This document shows, piece by piece, positions 48,300 to 58,577 of a DNA stretch of 64,000 nucleotides. The stretch's first letter is position 1. Every line of letters starts with the position of its first letter. The DNA comes from a virus, in IMG/VR virus record IMGVR_UViG_3300018080_000149, positions 1 to 64,000 of that record; one strand, given 5' to 3'. Below the pieces are notes generated by a model that saw nothing but the letters and a program-made list of their open reading frames with translations, made no database searches and was not told the origin of the DNA. The position numbers and the translations under genes were made by a program.

Positions 48300-50129
48300 C
48301 TAAAAGTCGAACAGATCCATGGCATCTACCACATCGTCAAACGTTGGTAGCCCCAAGGAGCTGTGTGGATCTGTATCAGATCGAATGGAGCCTGGCGGGT
48401 CAATCTCTCGCACACTTACGTTGTGTACCCTCAACCACCTTAGCCCTATCATAGCGTAGTTGAACGCGTGCAGGAAGTGGTCTGGACCCGTACTCTCCGC
48501 CACCTCGACCATCGACCCATCCCTCAGTTCTTCAACCGTGATAGCCACGTTTCTGAAGTGCATGTCGATAACGTCGAGGTGTTTCTCAAGGTGTTGTAAC
48601 TTTGGTATGGTGAGTTGCTTGTTGTACAGTTCGTTGAGCCGCTCCTTGATCGAAGGAGCCCTACCTATGGCACACGATGGGTACGCCGCGTTGTTACTCG
48701 GGTTCTGAGGCCCGAAGAGAACTTCTGACGTAGCCCCAGCCGTTCCTGCCGGTGGGTACTTACAGATCCAGGTCTGACACGGAGCGCGTTGGTAGAGTTT
48801 AGGATTCCTGTCTTGCCCATAGCCGTAGTCAGCGACCACACAGTCAGCCTTCCACCGCTGGGCCAACTCCACCATTGCGTTGACGGTGTCCTCTGGGTCC
48901 GTGGTGTCAAGGAACATAAACGGTTCGAGTAGTATGGGATTCTGATGCTCTGGTGTGATACCGAGTACAAAGGCCCAGTTCGATTTACCCCAGTCAATAC
49001 CGACTACGACATTAGTTGCCTTGAACTGACGGTCGAAGTCTGATCTTGATGAGATCATGATCTCAGGGTGAACCAACTGGTACACGAAGTTTTCTGCTAG
49101 CTGAGCGGAGTCTCCCATGTACCCCTCGGCTAGTACGTAGTTGTACCACTTACCGATAGGCTTGTACTCACGAAGCTTCCGCATAATGTCATCGGCGGTG
49201 ATCCAGACACAGTCGAGCTGACTCGCCTTGTAGCCTCGAATCTCGCCTTTAGCGTTGTGCGATACCCATTCGTTCTTGGCCCCCCAACGGTCAAGCTCCT
49301 TCCCACACTTTAGACACGCGATGATGAAAGCGCCATCAGGAACACTTGCTGTTTCATCATGGGCCTCTAGCCTTTGAAGGAGCGTAGAGGAGCCCTTGAC
49401 CTGTTGTATGTTGGAGCTTGTCAAGAACTGCCAATGGCCACACTTGTTACACTTGTACATCCATCTGTGTTGGTCACTGTTGACATATTGCCCATCGACG
49501 CCAACCTTTGGGAACGTTGGCGTAGAGAAGATACGAAGGTGTTTCATCTTTGATGACGACAGGCACTCTCGGAAGGCCGCGATGACCCCCGGTTTCATCC
49601 TGTCAAACTCATCAAGGAACACTCTATCGGCTGCGGTTGATTCACCGAGGTCTTCGTTCCAGCTACCAGTAATGAGAATGTCAGACTCACCGCCACCATT
49701 CAGCGGAGTGATCTGCTTGTTCATCACTGACCCCCAACCGTCCAACAACCCGAGGACCGGATCAATGAACGCATCGGGGTGGCCTGGCTTACCTACTGGA
49801 GAGATACGAGTCCGCGCGATCTCTTGGGCCTTATCCCACTTAGGCATCGTGTAGATTGTACGACACCGACCGAGGGTAGCCATGTAGATCATGTTGCTGA
49901 TGAAGATCTCAGTGAACCCCATCTGTCGGCCCTTGGTAATAACCACTGTCCGGGACATGTCGTCGACCGGAGCGATCTGCCATGGCCTATGAGAGTGGGG
50001 GTCTTTCTTCGAGTAGAATTGCATAGGGCGTCGCTTGAGGTTACGGTACTTCGTCAACCACATCGACGGTACTAGCCAGTCCCCTATGCTTTTCTTATAC
50101 GCGGCTCGGTTCCGCTTCTTTTTCGCCAC
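48300..50129 (-). CDS. terL: terminase large subunit (gpA-like, Zn-ribbon insertions)
   Basis: KGRQMGFTE, FLDEFD, STPT, CNKC/CLKC, GIDWG, PDHFLHA. Confidence 0.93.
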   Translation of the reverse strand: MAKKKRNRAAYKKSIGDWLVPSMWLTKYRNLKRRPMQFYSKKDPHSHRPWQIAPVDDMSRTVVITKGRQMGFTEIFISNMIYMATLGRCRTIYTMPKWDKAQEIARTRISPVGKPGHPDAFIDPVLGLLDGWGSVMNKQITPLNGGGESDILITGSWNEDLGESTAADRVFLDEFDRMKPGVIAAFRECLSSSKMKHLRIFSTPTFPKVGVDGQYVNSDQHRWMYKCNKCGHWQFLTSSNIQQVKGSSTLLQRLEAHDETASVPDGAFIIACLKCGKELDRWGAKNEWVSHNAKGEIRGYKASQLDCVWITADDIMRKLREYKPIGKWYNYVLAEGYMGDSAQLAENFVYQLVHPEIMISSRSDFDRQFKATNVVVGIDWGKSNWAFVLGITPEHQNPILLEPFMFLDTTDPEDTVNAMVELAQRWKADCVVADYGYGQDRNPKLYQRAPCQTWICKYPPAGTAGATSEVLFGPQNPSNNAAYPSCAIGRAPSIKERLNELYNKQLTIPKLQHLEKHLDVIDMHFRNVAITVEELRDGSMVEVAESTGPDHFLHAFNYAMIGLRWLRVHNVSVREIDPPGSIRSDTDPHSSLGLPTFDDVVDAMDLFDF

Positions 50130-50139
50130 TTGATCTGTT

Positions 50140-50967
50140 TCAGATCAGGCCAGCTTTGCGAGCTAGCTCACTGTGAATGTCAGCTACCGTCATGAACGGG
50201 AAGCGCCAGGCGAAGCCGTAGCCCTCCTTCCCAGGCTTGACCTTGAGAAGCTGCCCAAGCGCCTTGTACGTCTTAGACCCGTTCTTCGCCAACGGGAGAC
50301 CACCATGGCCACCGATTGGTGAACCCATGCCGTCCATGATCTTGATGTCTCTGTTGTAGAACGTATGGCCAGGCGAGTAGTGGGTCACAACCCTGTTGAA
50401 CGTACACTGGCGAGCGCACAGCGCGTCACGTAGGAGATCACCGAAACTGTCATCACCGGAGCCGGGAGCCGAGTTTGGGTCATCGTCAGGATCGTCCCCC
50501 GTCGAGCAGGCGTAGAGAATCACAACCGGAGCGGGGTGACGACCGATAGCCGCCACGAACCGCTCCCAGTGACCCCTGTCGGTGCTCGTGAACCGTCGAC
50601 CTGGGGTAGGACTCCTGATACCAAACTGGATACCGGAGATGTAGCCGTGACAGAAGAACACGTAGACTTGCGGATACAGATAGTCCCCTGTCTCCGGCCA
50701 GACTGTCCTGGCGGCTTCCATCTTTGACAAAAGCTGTCGGGCTTGAATGTGCTTGGAGTTCTCATTGTCGATGTAGTGGACTACCTTTTCGCGGTCGAGG
50801 CCGTAGTAGTCACAGAACATCTTTGCTCCTGGGTGAAACGCTCCCGTGGCGTCACGCTTACCCTGAGTGTTGAACTCTGGAGCGAAGACGATAACCTCTT
50901 CGTTTGAAAGCAATGGTTGTTCCACTCCGCTAGCGATCTTATCATTGTAAGGGTTAGGTTCCAACAT
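50140..50967 (-). CDS. hypothetical protein (possible His/Cys hydrolase fold)
   Basis: FFCHG and ILYACSTG motifs. Confidence 0.55.
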   Translation of the reverse strand: MLEPNPYNDKIASGVEQPLLSNEEVIVFAPEFNTQGKRDATGAFHPGAKMFCDYYGLDREKVVHYIDNENSKHIQARQLLSKMEAARTVWPETGDYLYPQVYVFFCHGYISGIQFGIRSPTPGRRFTSTDRGHWERFVAAIGRHPAPVVILYACSTGDDPDDDPNSAPGSGDDSFGDLLRDALCARQCTFNRVVTHYSPGHTFYNRDIKIMDGMGSPIGGHGGLPLAKNGSKTYKALGQLLKVKPGKEGYGFAWRFPFMTVADIHSELARKAGLI

Positions 50968-50983
50968 TGCGGCCCTTCCTTCC

Positions 50984-51505
50984 TCAAATTGGTCTGAAAT
51001 TAGGGTGGTAGGGATACATGAAGTTGAACAGCTTGCCTGGGTGTATAACCTCGGCGTCTAACTGTTCCCAGCTCTCAACCCCAACGTCCCGTAGGACTAC
51101 CGACACAAACTCTGAGCAGTGAAGCTCACGAGGATTGTAACGAGGGCGCGAGATATGGCCCGTCTTCAGATACCACCACAGTTTGATCCCGTTCATAATG
51201 ATGCCCCAGTCATAGGGCGTACCGATCTTGTCTATCGCTGAAGCGATAGCTTGTCGCACTGTATCCTGACTGACACCAACAAGCTCAAAGCGCCTGAACG
51301 TTGGGTACTTGGCCCACACTTTACCCATGCGCTCTTTGACAACACCGTCTGACTGAGCGTGTATGGCCCACATACCACCAAAGGAAAGAGAACTGTACTC
51401 AATCCAGGCATGTGAACACCAGGAATCTGTCATACGACAAATCATCTTGGATGTGCGCTCGGTGTTCGTCCCTACGCCAACAACAAAGACATCAGCGGCG
51501 GGCAT
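50984..51505 (-). CDS. permuted NlpC/P60 (YiiX-like) amidase
   Basis: SHA, GTPYD, CSEFV motifs. Confidence 0.8.
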   Translation of the reverse strand: MPAADVFVVGVGTNTERTSKMICRMTDSWCSHAWIEYSSLSFGGMWAIHAQSDGVVKERMGKVWAKYPTFRRFELVGVSQDTVRQAIASAIDKIGTPYDWGIIMNGIKLWWYLKTGHISRPRYNPRELHCSEFVSVVLRDVGVESWEQLDAEVIHPGKLFNFMYPYHPNFRPI

Positions 51506-51715
51506 CGAAGTCTCCTGTCAGACCAAGACCCGAGGCGATAGTCCTAAGCCCTGTACACGCGTCGCAAGTATCAACCATACGACACGTAGATTCCACAGGG
51601 GAGATACCATCTACCTCCTCCTCTGTCTCAGTTATGGAATTGCATAGCCGACAGATCAAGGTCAACTGACGCTTAGATTTGTCAAAAGCTGACCCGTCAC
51701 ACCACGGCCACCCCA

Positions 51716-52360
51716 TTACCCGACGTTCCTCTCAAGCCAGCGAATAGCCACTTGCGATGTAGCGTTGATGACACCACCAGCCTCCACAGTCTTGTACGAC
51801 ATGCGAAGAAACTTCTTGACCACAGCGATGTCATCGGAGGAACACCCGTAGTTCTTCAGGGCTTCGGCGACACTCTGTGCCTGGTATATAGTGAACTCAC
51901 CCTCAGTGAGCCACCACGAAATCTCCAGGTTACAGCGGAACGCTTCCGCCTCAAAGATTGCTCTCTGGGCTCTATCCGCCAGGTAACGGATAACGAATGA
52001 GATAGGCTCGTGTCGATACTGTAGAACGTGTTGGTGCTCGTGGACACAGACCTTTACCTGGCTCTCAAGCGAGTGTGTCGAGGCGTCCCCGATCTCGAAC
52101 GGAATGTAGATGCGGTCACCGAGCGTCGTGGTGTACCGCTCCATGAATGTTCGTTTGTCAATAACATCAAGCTTGTCAAGGAACAACGCTACAAGTTGCA
52201 TCTCAGCGCCACCGCCGAGATTGGCCAACAAGTCGACAAAGTTCCCACCATCACCGATCTTACTAAGATCAATGTCACCCTTGCGAATGAGAGTAGTCCT
52301 GTAGTGGTCCATCATGTAATCCCAGAACCGACGGACATCTCTGCTTGTAAGGTCCTTCAT
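51716..52360 (-). CDS. HExxH zinc metallopeptidase-like protein
   Basis: VHEHQHVLQY...FEAEAF. Confidence 0.7.
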   Translation of the reverse strand: MKDLTSRDVRRFWDYMMDHYRTTLIRKGDIDLSKIGDGGNFVDLLANLGGGAEMQLVALFLDKLDVIDKRTFMERYTTTLGDRIYIPFEIGDASTHSLESQVKVCVHEHQHVLQYRHEPISFVIRYLADRAQRAIFEAEAFRCNLEISWWLTEGEFTIYQAQSVAEALKNYGCSSDDIAVVKKFLRMSYKTVEAGGVINATSQVAIRWLERNVG

Positions 52361-52537
52361 TGAAACGCGTTCCTTTCGCTTCTCAACGGTGGAGCCATAC
52401 GCCCCACATGATGTGTACAGACGTAATGCCTCTCTTTGACCGGCCTAAATGGGTCGTTATTCTTGAAGTAGACAACGACCTCTACTGACGTAAACGCCGG
52501 ACGTCCACAATCCGTAACCCAGCACTTGTGGGCGCGT

Positions 52538-52831
52538 CTAGTCCCCGGTCCCCTCACTGGACCCCTCCTCTGGCTCAGGTAGGCACGTATGGCCAACCTC
52601 ATCGCCGTCCATCGTCTCCTGACACGAGAACGTTACATCACCGTTCACCTGGTCGCAGTCCATCATCGAACGCCAATGGCCTCGGGAGTCACAGATCTGA
52701 GCCTCATGGCCCTCACACCTTGTCGATTGAGCTGTACAGACTGCACAGCCGTAGGAAAAAACCAACAGCGCCAACATCAGTAGCGCCATGGCTATTGTTG
52801 CAAGGTTTAGCTTGTACAGATAGTCCTTCAC
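52538..52831 (-). CDS. Cys-rich putative lipoprotein
   Basis: Hydrophobic signal ending FSYGC; several further Cys. Confidence 0.55.
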   Translation of the reverse strand: MKDYLYKLNLATIAMALLMLALLVFSYGCAVCTAQSTRCEGHEAQICDSRGHWRSMMDCDQVNGDVTFSCQETMDGDEVGHTCLPEPEEGSSEGTGD

Positions 52832-53560
52832 TTCTTCACCCCTTTACACGGCCCCATGTGAGCGAGGCCAGGCATCTTGTATCTGTTAGACGTGAGTCCA
52901 CACTTATCACAGCGCCACCTTGGTTTGAGATAACAACTATGATAGGTGCGAACCCACGCGTGTCTAATTGACGGAGATGATATCTTCGACATCGGTGAAC
53001 ACCCCGCCGAGGAGAACTTCGCAAATGGCTATGAACACCCGGACCAGCCAGCGAAGGAGCTTCAACGGTTGCGTAAATGAACGTAGGAGCCTGACCCACC
53101 AGAACCAAAGGATCTCAGGCCCAAACTGTACGATACCAGGCATTACTACCTCGTGTACTTCAAGGTGGTGAGTAGATTCTCCAGCTTGTTTACCCTGTCG
53201 TAGTGGAAGTCCCTACTTGGTAGCTCTTGCTCCGTAAAGCTCTCATACAGACTGAGTGACGCCCTGGACTGTTTGAGTTCACACGCCAACAGGTACTCGA
53301 CAGCCTCCTGAAGTGCCTTTAGTTTCTCCTCACTCATCCCGTTCCTCCCAGCGTCGAGCCAATCTCCCGAAGTAGCGGCCAAAGATGGGCATTATACCTA
53401 CAGAGGACAGCTTACTGTCCGCTCGAAGGCTACTAGATCGTACCATGTCATCGGCCAGCTTTCTTGCCTCAGATCTGAACAGTGGGTATGGGTAGCGATG
53501 GTATGGCCCAGTCTCCCCAACGTATGAGTACAGAAGACTGACATATGTATAGGCTCGCAC

Positions 53561-54244
53561 CTACAGATCCTCTACGAGTACAGGACTGATCTGACTCAGA
53601 TCATCCTTGACTTTGTTGAATAGTGTTTGCATCTCTGGGGCGGCTTTCTTCGATGTACGGAGCCGTATCATGTGACGCCACTGTCGGAAGTTAGCCGTGA
53701 CTACTATGTCAGCCTTGAGACAGTGCGGTAGTAGGTAGCGGGCTGACTCACGGGCTACACCCTGATCGCGTTCGTGTTGGTAGTCTCGCACAGCCTCAGT
53801 AGCCACCTGTACCCAACGAGAAGGCTGAACCCCACTGTCAGACGTCAGCACAGTACCAGACTCATCGTAGCTCAACGTGTAGAGACCAACGTCACCGCTA
53901 AACATATGCGGTGGCTTGACAAATACAACCGCGTCCTTCTCTTCGATGTAGCGTGTAGAGGACTGAGTGAAGGCACACAGCCTGTGTCTAACGATCTCGT
54001 GAGTAGCGATTCGTGAACACTGGAACAGGAACGATACAGCGCTATGTTCCAGCACTGACTCATGAGGGTTCGGCCTGAACCCGAGGAGTTTCTTCAGGAG
54101 TTCCTCAGCCTCGGGCAGTAGGTAGACATTACCCACGCGCCCTCGCGAAATACCGGCGGCGTAAGCGCAGCGTATAAACTGGCTCACACACTCGTCCATT
54201 GGCGTCAACGCAGTAACGCGAGGATCTATGACTTGGATCTTCAT
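53561..54244 (-). CDS. thyX: flavin-dependent thymidylate synthase
   Basis: HESVLEH, RHRLCAFTQSSTRY (RHRx7S), ARYLLP, NFRQWRH. Confidence 0.95.
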   Translation of the reverse strand: MKIQVIDPRVTALTPMDECVSQFIRCAYAAGISRGRVGNVYLLPEAEELLKKLLGFRPNPHESVLEHSAVSFLFQCSRIATHEIVRHRLCAFTQSSTRYIEEKDAVVFVKPPHMFSGDVGLYTLSYDESGTVLTSDSGVQPSRWVQVATEAVRDYQHERDQGVARESARYLLPHCLKADIVVTANFRQWRHMIRLRTSKKAAPEMQTLFNKVKDDLSQISPVLVEDL

Positions 54245-54388
54245 GGGGTTGCGGCCCCTTTCTTTAGTGGTTAGCGAGTCCGTTGGCGTAGCCACACGCC
54301 ACACACGTCGCTAGTGGTAAAACAACGAACACGAGTGCTAGCGCCGCTAAGACGCCCATCGTAGATTTGAATGCTCTCACAATAGCCC

Positions 54389-54991
54389 CTAGTCTATTGG
54401 CCAAGACTCGTCACAGTCTGGCCGGATCATACAGTAGAAGCGTCTGGCTTGCTTAGCTGAGAAGTCTAGCCTGGCGGCCTCCTCAGAGACACAACGACCA
54501 TACTTGTAGCTCGCAACCTTTCTCCACAGTGACCCCGGACACTCACGGAACATGTGAGACAACATGTTGACCCCTGTTCTGAATGAGCACTGAGGCGTCA
54601 TGTTGTACAGGTTCTTATGTTGACACCCGGAGGGCTGGAACTGTCGCCAGCCAGAGCTAGGGTGGATCTGCATAGCTCCAAGCTCGCCTCTCTTACCGCG
54701 TAGCCTACCGAGCCATACACTGTTCCAGAATGCGCTCTCCCGCCGGATGATAGCTGTTAGTACGTATGGGTAGTCCAGGCCGAACTCAGCGTCAGCGTCA
54801 ATGATACGCTGTGCCCACTCCAGGCGGCTGTCAGGCGACAGCTTTGAGTAACGGCCCAACTCCTCGACAGCCTCACTGATCTGATACAGATCGGCAAAGT
54901 CATCGGGTGACGTCCCGTCTGTGACGTCTGTCGGCTGAGCCAACACTGTCAGTGGGACAATGATTGCTAGTAGCGTAAGCGTCCACCTCAT
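54389..54991 (-). CDS. lytic transglycosylase (SLT-like) with signal peptide
   Basis: AIIRRESAF, GAMQI, SYKYG; N-terminal hydrophobic leader ending VLA. Confidence 0.8.
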   Translation of the reverse strand: MRWTLTLLAIIVPLTVLAQPTDVTDGTSPDDFADLYQISEAVEELGRYSKLSPDSRLEWAQRIIDADAEFGLDYPYVLTAIIRRESAFWNSVWLGRLRGKRGELGAMQIHPSSGWRQFQPSGCQHKNLYNMTPQCSFRTGVNMLSHMFRECPGSLWRKVASYKYGRCVSEEAARLDFSAKQARRFYCMIRPDCDESWPID

Positions 54992-55212
54992 AGGTCACTC
55001 CGTGTTGATTGGCTTGTGTAGGACGCCGTGGTCATCACAGAACGAGATCACAGCATCCTGATCAGTAAAGCTAATCTTCTCACCGCTGGGTAATGTCATC
55101 GAGCCAGGCATCTTCGCCGAGCGAGTTCCCGGCTTACCACAGTAGATACATTTCGCCCCAGGAGGGGCGTATGGGATGCCGAGATGGATCTCAACCATAG
55201 GCTGGGCTTCTG

Positions 55213-55695
55213 TCATCGCTTCTCCCCAGCGACACGGATCGTAATCGTGTCGCCCTTTGTTCTATACTCTGCTGTTGTGTGTCCTATGACAGAGCCGTGA
55301 CGATACATGGAGTCGCCCTTGTCCAGTACCTCACAGTGTACTGTGACCCACATGTTCTCTTTGCGGTCAATACGGTACTCCTCAAAGATACACAGGAACC
55401 CCTTTTTGAAGTGGTCCATGATGTATTCACAGAGATCTCCCACTGGATTTGCTTGGGGCCACTCCTCGTCTGGAATGGCTATCGCCACCCGGACGGTTGG
55501 GACGGTGTGTACTTTGACCGAGACGTCTGTGGGTGCGATGTCCATCGCGACACACACCGATTCTATGGGCGGTTCCTCCGCCCATTGGAAAGCGAGTGGA
55601 ACCGGCCCTGATTGCTTTTTAGCGTTCCAACCCCTACGGGTCAGGCGGCTAGCGATCAGGGCCGGTATATCCACACCTAAGCCGTTACTCTTCAT
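55213..55695 (-). CDS. hypothetical protein
   Basis: 160-aa ORF coupled to neighbours. Confidence 0.55.
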   Translation of the reverse strand: MKSNGLGVDIPALIASRLTRRGWNAKKQSGPVPLAFQWAEEPPIESVCVAMDIAPTDVSVKVHTVPTVRVAIAIPDEEWPQANPVGDLCEYIMDHFKKGFLCIFEEYRIDRKENMWVTVHCEVLDKGDSMYRHGSVIGHTTAEYRTKGDTITIRVAGEKR

Positions 55696-56824
55696 TGCCT
55701 GAAACGATCTTATTCAGATCACGGAGGCGACTCAGTACCTCGATCCCCATGACCTGTGTGTCAGATCTTGCCATTGTGTTCTCAACCCACTCGATGAGGT
55801 TTGTCAGTTTGTAACGCGCCCTCGGTACGTCAATCACGTCTGCGTGATCCAGTTGATCCACCTTCGCCATGAGTTCTCGAATCTGTGCGTTTTTGTCCGC
55901 GAGCTTGACCTTGAGATCGTCAAAGAGCTTCTGCCAGTCAGCGCTACCTGACGTATCGCGCTCCAACATCACCTGATTTGACACAGGAGACTGGATACTC
56001 ACAGGGAGTCTCGTGTTTGCCTCGTATATACGCTCTCTAAGGAACTGAATGTACTCGACAACCGTTCGACAGGTATCCTCGACACCGGACATGTCCTCTT
56101 CGATGAGCCCTGTGTGAGCACAGATCATCTGACGAAACTGGACCATTGACTCGACCCAGCCGTCCAGTTTCTCTTGTGTCTCTGCGAGCCGTCGTTCCGC
56201 GTCTATCTTAGCCGCTGTAATCGTGTCGACACCGTCAGCCATACGCTGGTATGTATCTATAATCTCCTCGGGAGACATGCCGGTCTTGGAGATACCCATC
56301 GGACCCGGAAGCTCCAAGGTCTCGTACTGACGGAGGCGTTCTTCCTTGGCCAGCCATTGCTCTTTGTCTTTGAGCCTGGGCTCAGCGCGTTCCGCTTCGA
56401 GCCGTTTACGGAGTTCCAAGTTACGCTCGTCAGATTGCCTAAGTTTCGCCTCAAGATTACCAATCTTGTCGAGAAGCTTTGGAACCTTATCGGCCTCAAC
56501 AATCAATGCGTCGACCTTATCCTCTATGTCCCTTCGTATATGGTCTAGCGGGACATGAGAGGCTGCGCGGGAAGTATACCTCGTTGTAGAGTTACCCAGC
56601 TTCACAGCGAGGCTAATCAACTGTCTACGAAGTGAACGTGTCTCAACAATCGGTGCGTCGGCCTTATCCTCCATGGCTTTCCATTGAACCCACATAGGAC
56701 AAACCTTGGTACGCGCCCTAGCAATACCGTAGTAGTGAGCCCTGGTGTTCAAACACTTCGACTTACCAGAGTCATCCACTACGTCCGCCTCGTAGAACTT
56801 GCAAGTTCTACAGAACCTATCCAT
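55685..56824 (-). CDS. coiled-coil protein with N-terminal Cys cluster
   Basis: 379 aa; CRTC...C...C; GGAGG SD. Confidence 0.65.
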   Translation of the reverse strand: MDRFCRTCKFYEADVVDDSGKSKCLNTRAHYYGIARARTKVCPMWVQWKAMEDKADAPIVETRSLRRQLISLAVKLGNSTTRYTSRAASHVPLDHIRRDIEDKVDALIVEADKVPKLLDKIGNLEAKLRQSDERNLELRKRLEAERAEPRLKDKEQWLAKEERLRQYETLELPGPMGISKTGMSPEEIIDTYQRMADGVDTITAAKIDAERRLAETQEKLDGWVESMVQFRQMICAHTGLIEEDMSGVEDTCRTVVEYIQFLRERIYEANTRLPVSIQSPVSNQVMLERDTSGSADWQKLFDDLKVKLADKNAQIRELMAKVDQLDHADVIDVPRARYKLTNLIEWVENTMARSDTQVMGIEVLSRLRDLNKIVSGNEE

Positions 56825-57065
56825 TACGACCCTCCTAACTACACGCGTCTAGTGTTTTGCCCGTTCACCATACGCGCGAGTGATATTCCAACCTGTCACA
56901 CGGTAACCCTTCACCATGTTTACAAGTTTGGCCAACAGCTCAAGAGCCTCGGCCACCTCAACTAGTTTGCTTTGATCTTGTACTTCAACAGCTAGTTCTA
57001 TCGGATCACGATGACCCTCGGTATAGACCAGTAACACTATCCTGTCTGCCATGATCTGACTCAGA

Positions 57066-57524
57066 TCACTTCGGAGGAATGAGCCCAGCCTGCTGAAGTT
57101 GGGCCATCTGTTCCGGCGTCACGCCGACTACGTTGTTGCCATCCATTGGTGGCCCATCATAGTCGTCCATGGGATTGTGGTTGAGATCGTTATCCACTTT
57201 CCTGTACTCCAGGAATGATGCGTACTCTCTGTGGATCATCTCATAGGCCGCCACCCCCACGTTCTCCGGTGTCACCTTGTACGCTGTGGTGTAACCCTGC
57301 ACCACGTAGCGTTTGATCGGACCTCGGTTGTATCCCCCGATACCAACCATGATCGCCTCTCTCATCACCTGTCCATTAGGCAACGGGGCGGTTCGGACCA
57401 TGATCTGGCCAGCGTCGAGAAGATGGTCGACCTTAGGGGATTCTACGAACTTACCGATGTAAAGCACGTTCATAACCATGATTACCGTAAGTTCTGGCTT
57501 TTTGTCGCCCATTTCAGCCCTCAT
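57066..57524 (-). CDS. hypothetical protein
   Basis: 152-aa ORF. Confidence 0.6.
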   Translation of the reverse strand: MRAEMGDKKPELTVIMVMNVLYIGKFVESPKVDHLLDAGQIMVRTAPLPNGQVMREAIMVGIGGYNRGPIKRYVVQGYTTAYKVTPENVGVAAYEMIHREYASFLEYRKVDNDLNHNPMDDYDGPPMDGNNVVGVTPEQMAQLQQAGLIPPK

Positions 57525-57560
57525 TTGTCTTGATAGCGTGTAGCTACCGTTAGGTGAACT

Positions 57561-57638
57561 GCTTGATCGGATAACGATACTTTCTGTGTAGGTGTAATCA
57601 TGACACCGTAACTTCCAGTGATCGTTATCCGATCAAGC
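57561..57638. other. intergenic 18-bp perfect inverted repeat with internal hairpin
   Basis: GCTTGATCGGATAACGAT / ATCGTTATCCGATCAAGC; inner GGTGT/ACACC. Confidence 0.8.
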
Positions 57639-57660
57639 CATTGGAATCCTTGCGTTTGTA

Positions 57661-58161
57661 CTACGTAGCGTCACTGAACGGGTCACTCTCTGTGTTGGTA
57701 TCCCGACACCTTGATCGGACACGGACAGATTTCCCCCTTTGCCATTTCTTAGAGCCCACGGGAACCACGTCGACCGAATCGAATAGCCGGCTGACTATGT
57801 CCTCCAATCTACAACAAATCAGTGACCTGCTCGGCCTTCTATACCGACAAAGAGTCTCTTCGTTCTGGTGGTCTGTAGGAGCTATGGCGAGAGCTGGTCT
57901 CCACTTGTCGAAGTATACCAACCAACGGTCATAGCCCGTTTTTGCCGATGACGTACCGACTGGTTCTAGTTGGAAATGAGCCTCAACTACCTCCTCACCC
58001 ACTACTGCGCCAGACTCGTCTAGCGCTTCCGATGTATGTTCGATGACCAATTCACGGCCTCGCTTCCACACCCGGAAGTCGGAGATGATTCTGTTGCTTT
58101 TCATTTCCTGTAGAATCGGTACGAGGTCGCCGAGGTTGGCGACTGATCGTACTTCGATCAT
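57661..58161 (-). CDS. hypothetical protein
   Basis: 166 aa, ATGA-coupled. Confidence 0.55.
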   Translation of the reverse strand: MIEVRSVANLGDLVPILQEMKSNRIISDFRVWKRGRELVIEHTSEALDESGAVVGEEVVEAHFQLEPVGTSSAKTGYDRWLVYFDKWRPALAIAPTDHQNEETLCRYRRPSRSLICCRLEDIVSRLFDSVDVVPVGSKKWQRGKSVRVRSRCRDTNTESDPFSDAT

Positions 58162-58577
58162 TTGAGTTCCAACTTTGCCTGATTCTCATGGCGTCTGATG
58201 ATGGCGTCGAGAATCCCCTTGATGTCTGGTTCCTTCCAGTTTGGGGGCTTCAGTATCTTGCCATCTTCTCTGACAGGTCCGCCGACCTTTTCCATGTTGG
58301 CGCGGTGAACTTCCTCGAAGAATGGTTCGATGTCGATGCCCATTGTTGACGCGGCCCCATACGTGACGTACAGGAGATCCGCGAGGGCGTCGATAGCCTT
58401 GTCCCATTCCAGCTTGCACTCATCGTCCTCATAGACGGCGTCGGCGAACTCTTCCGATTCCTCGTAGATGAGGTCGACTCTGAGATCTGCTGGATAGCCG
58501 TCGAACGTTGGCCTAGAGGGAACGTATTGTCCCGTCGCCTTCATGAACTCCTCGACCATCTTTTGATGCTTGTTCAT
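58158..58577 (-). CDS. MazG-like / PRA-PH-like NTP pyrophosphohydrolase
   Basis: EESEE, DALADLLYVTYG, EVHRANMEK, REDGKILKP. Confidence 0.88.
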   Translation of the reverse strand: MNKHQKMVEEFMKATGQYVPSRPTFDGYPADLRVDLIYEESEEFADAVYEDDECKLEWDKAIDALADLLYVTYGAASTMGIDIEPFFEEVHRANMEKVGGPVREDGKILKPPNWKEPDIKGILDAIIRRHENQAKLELK

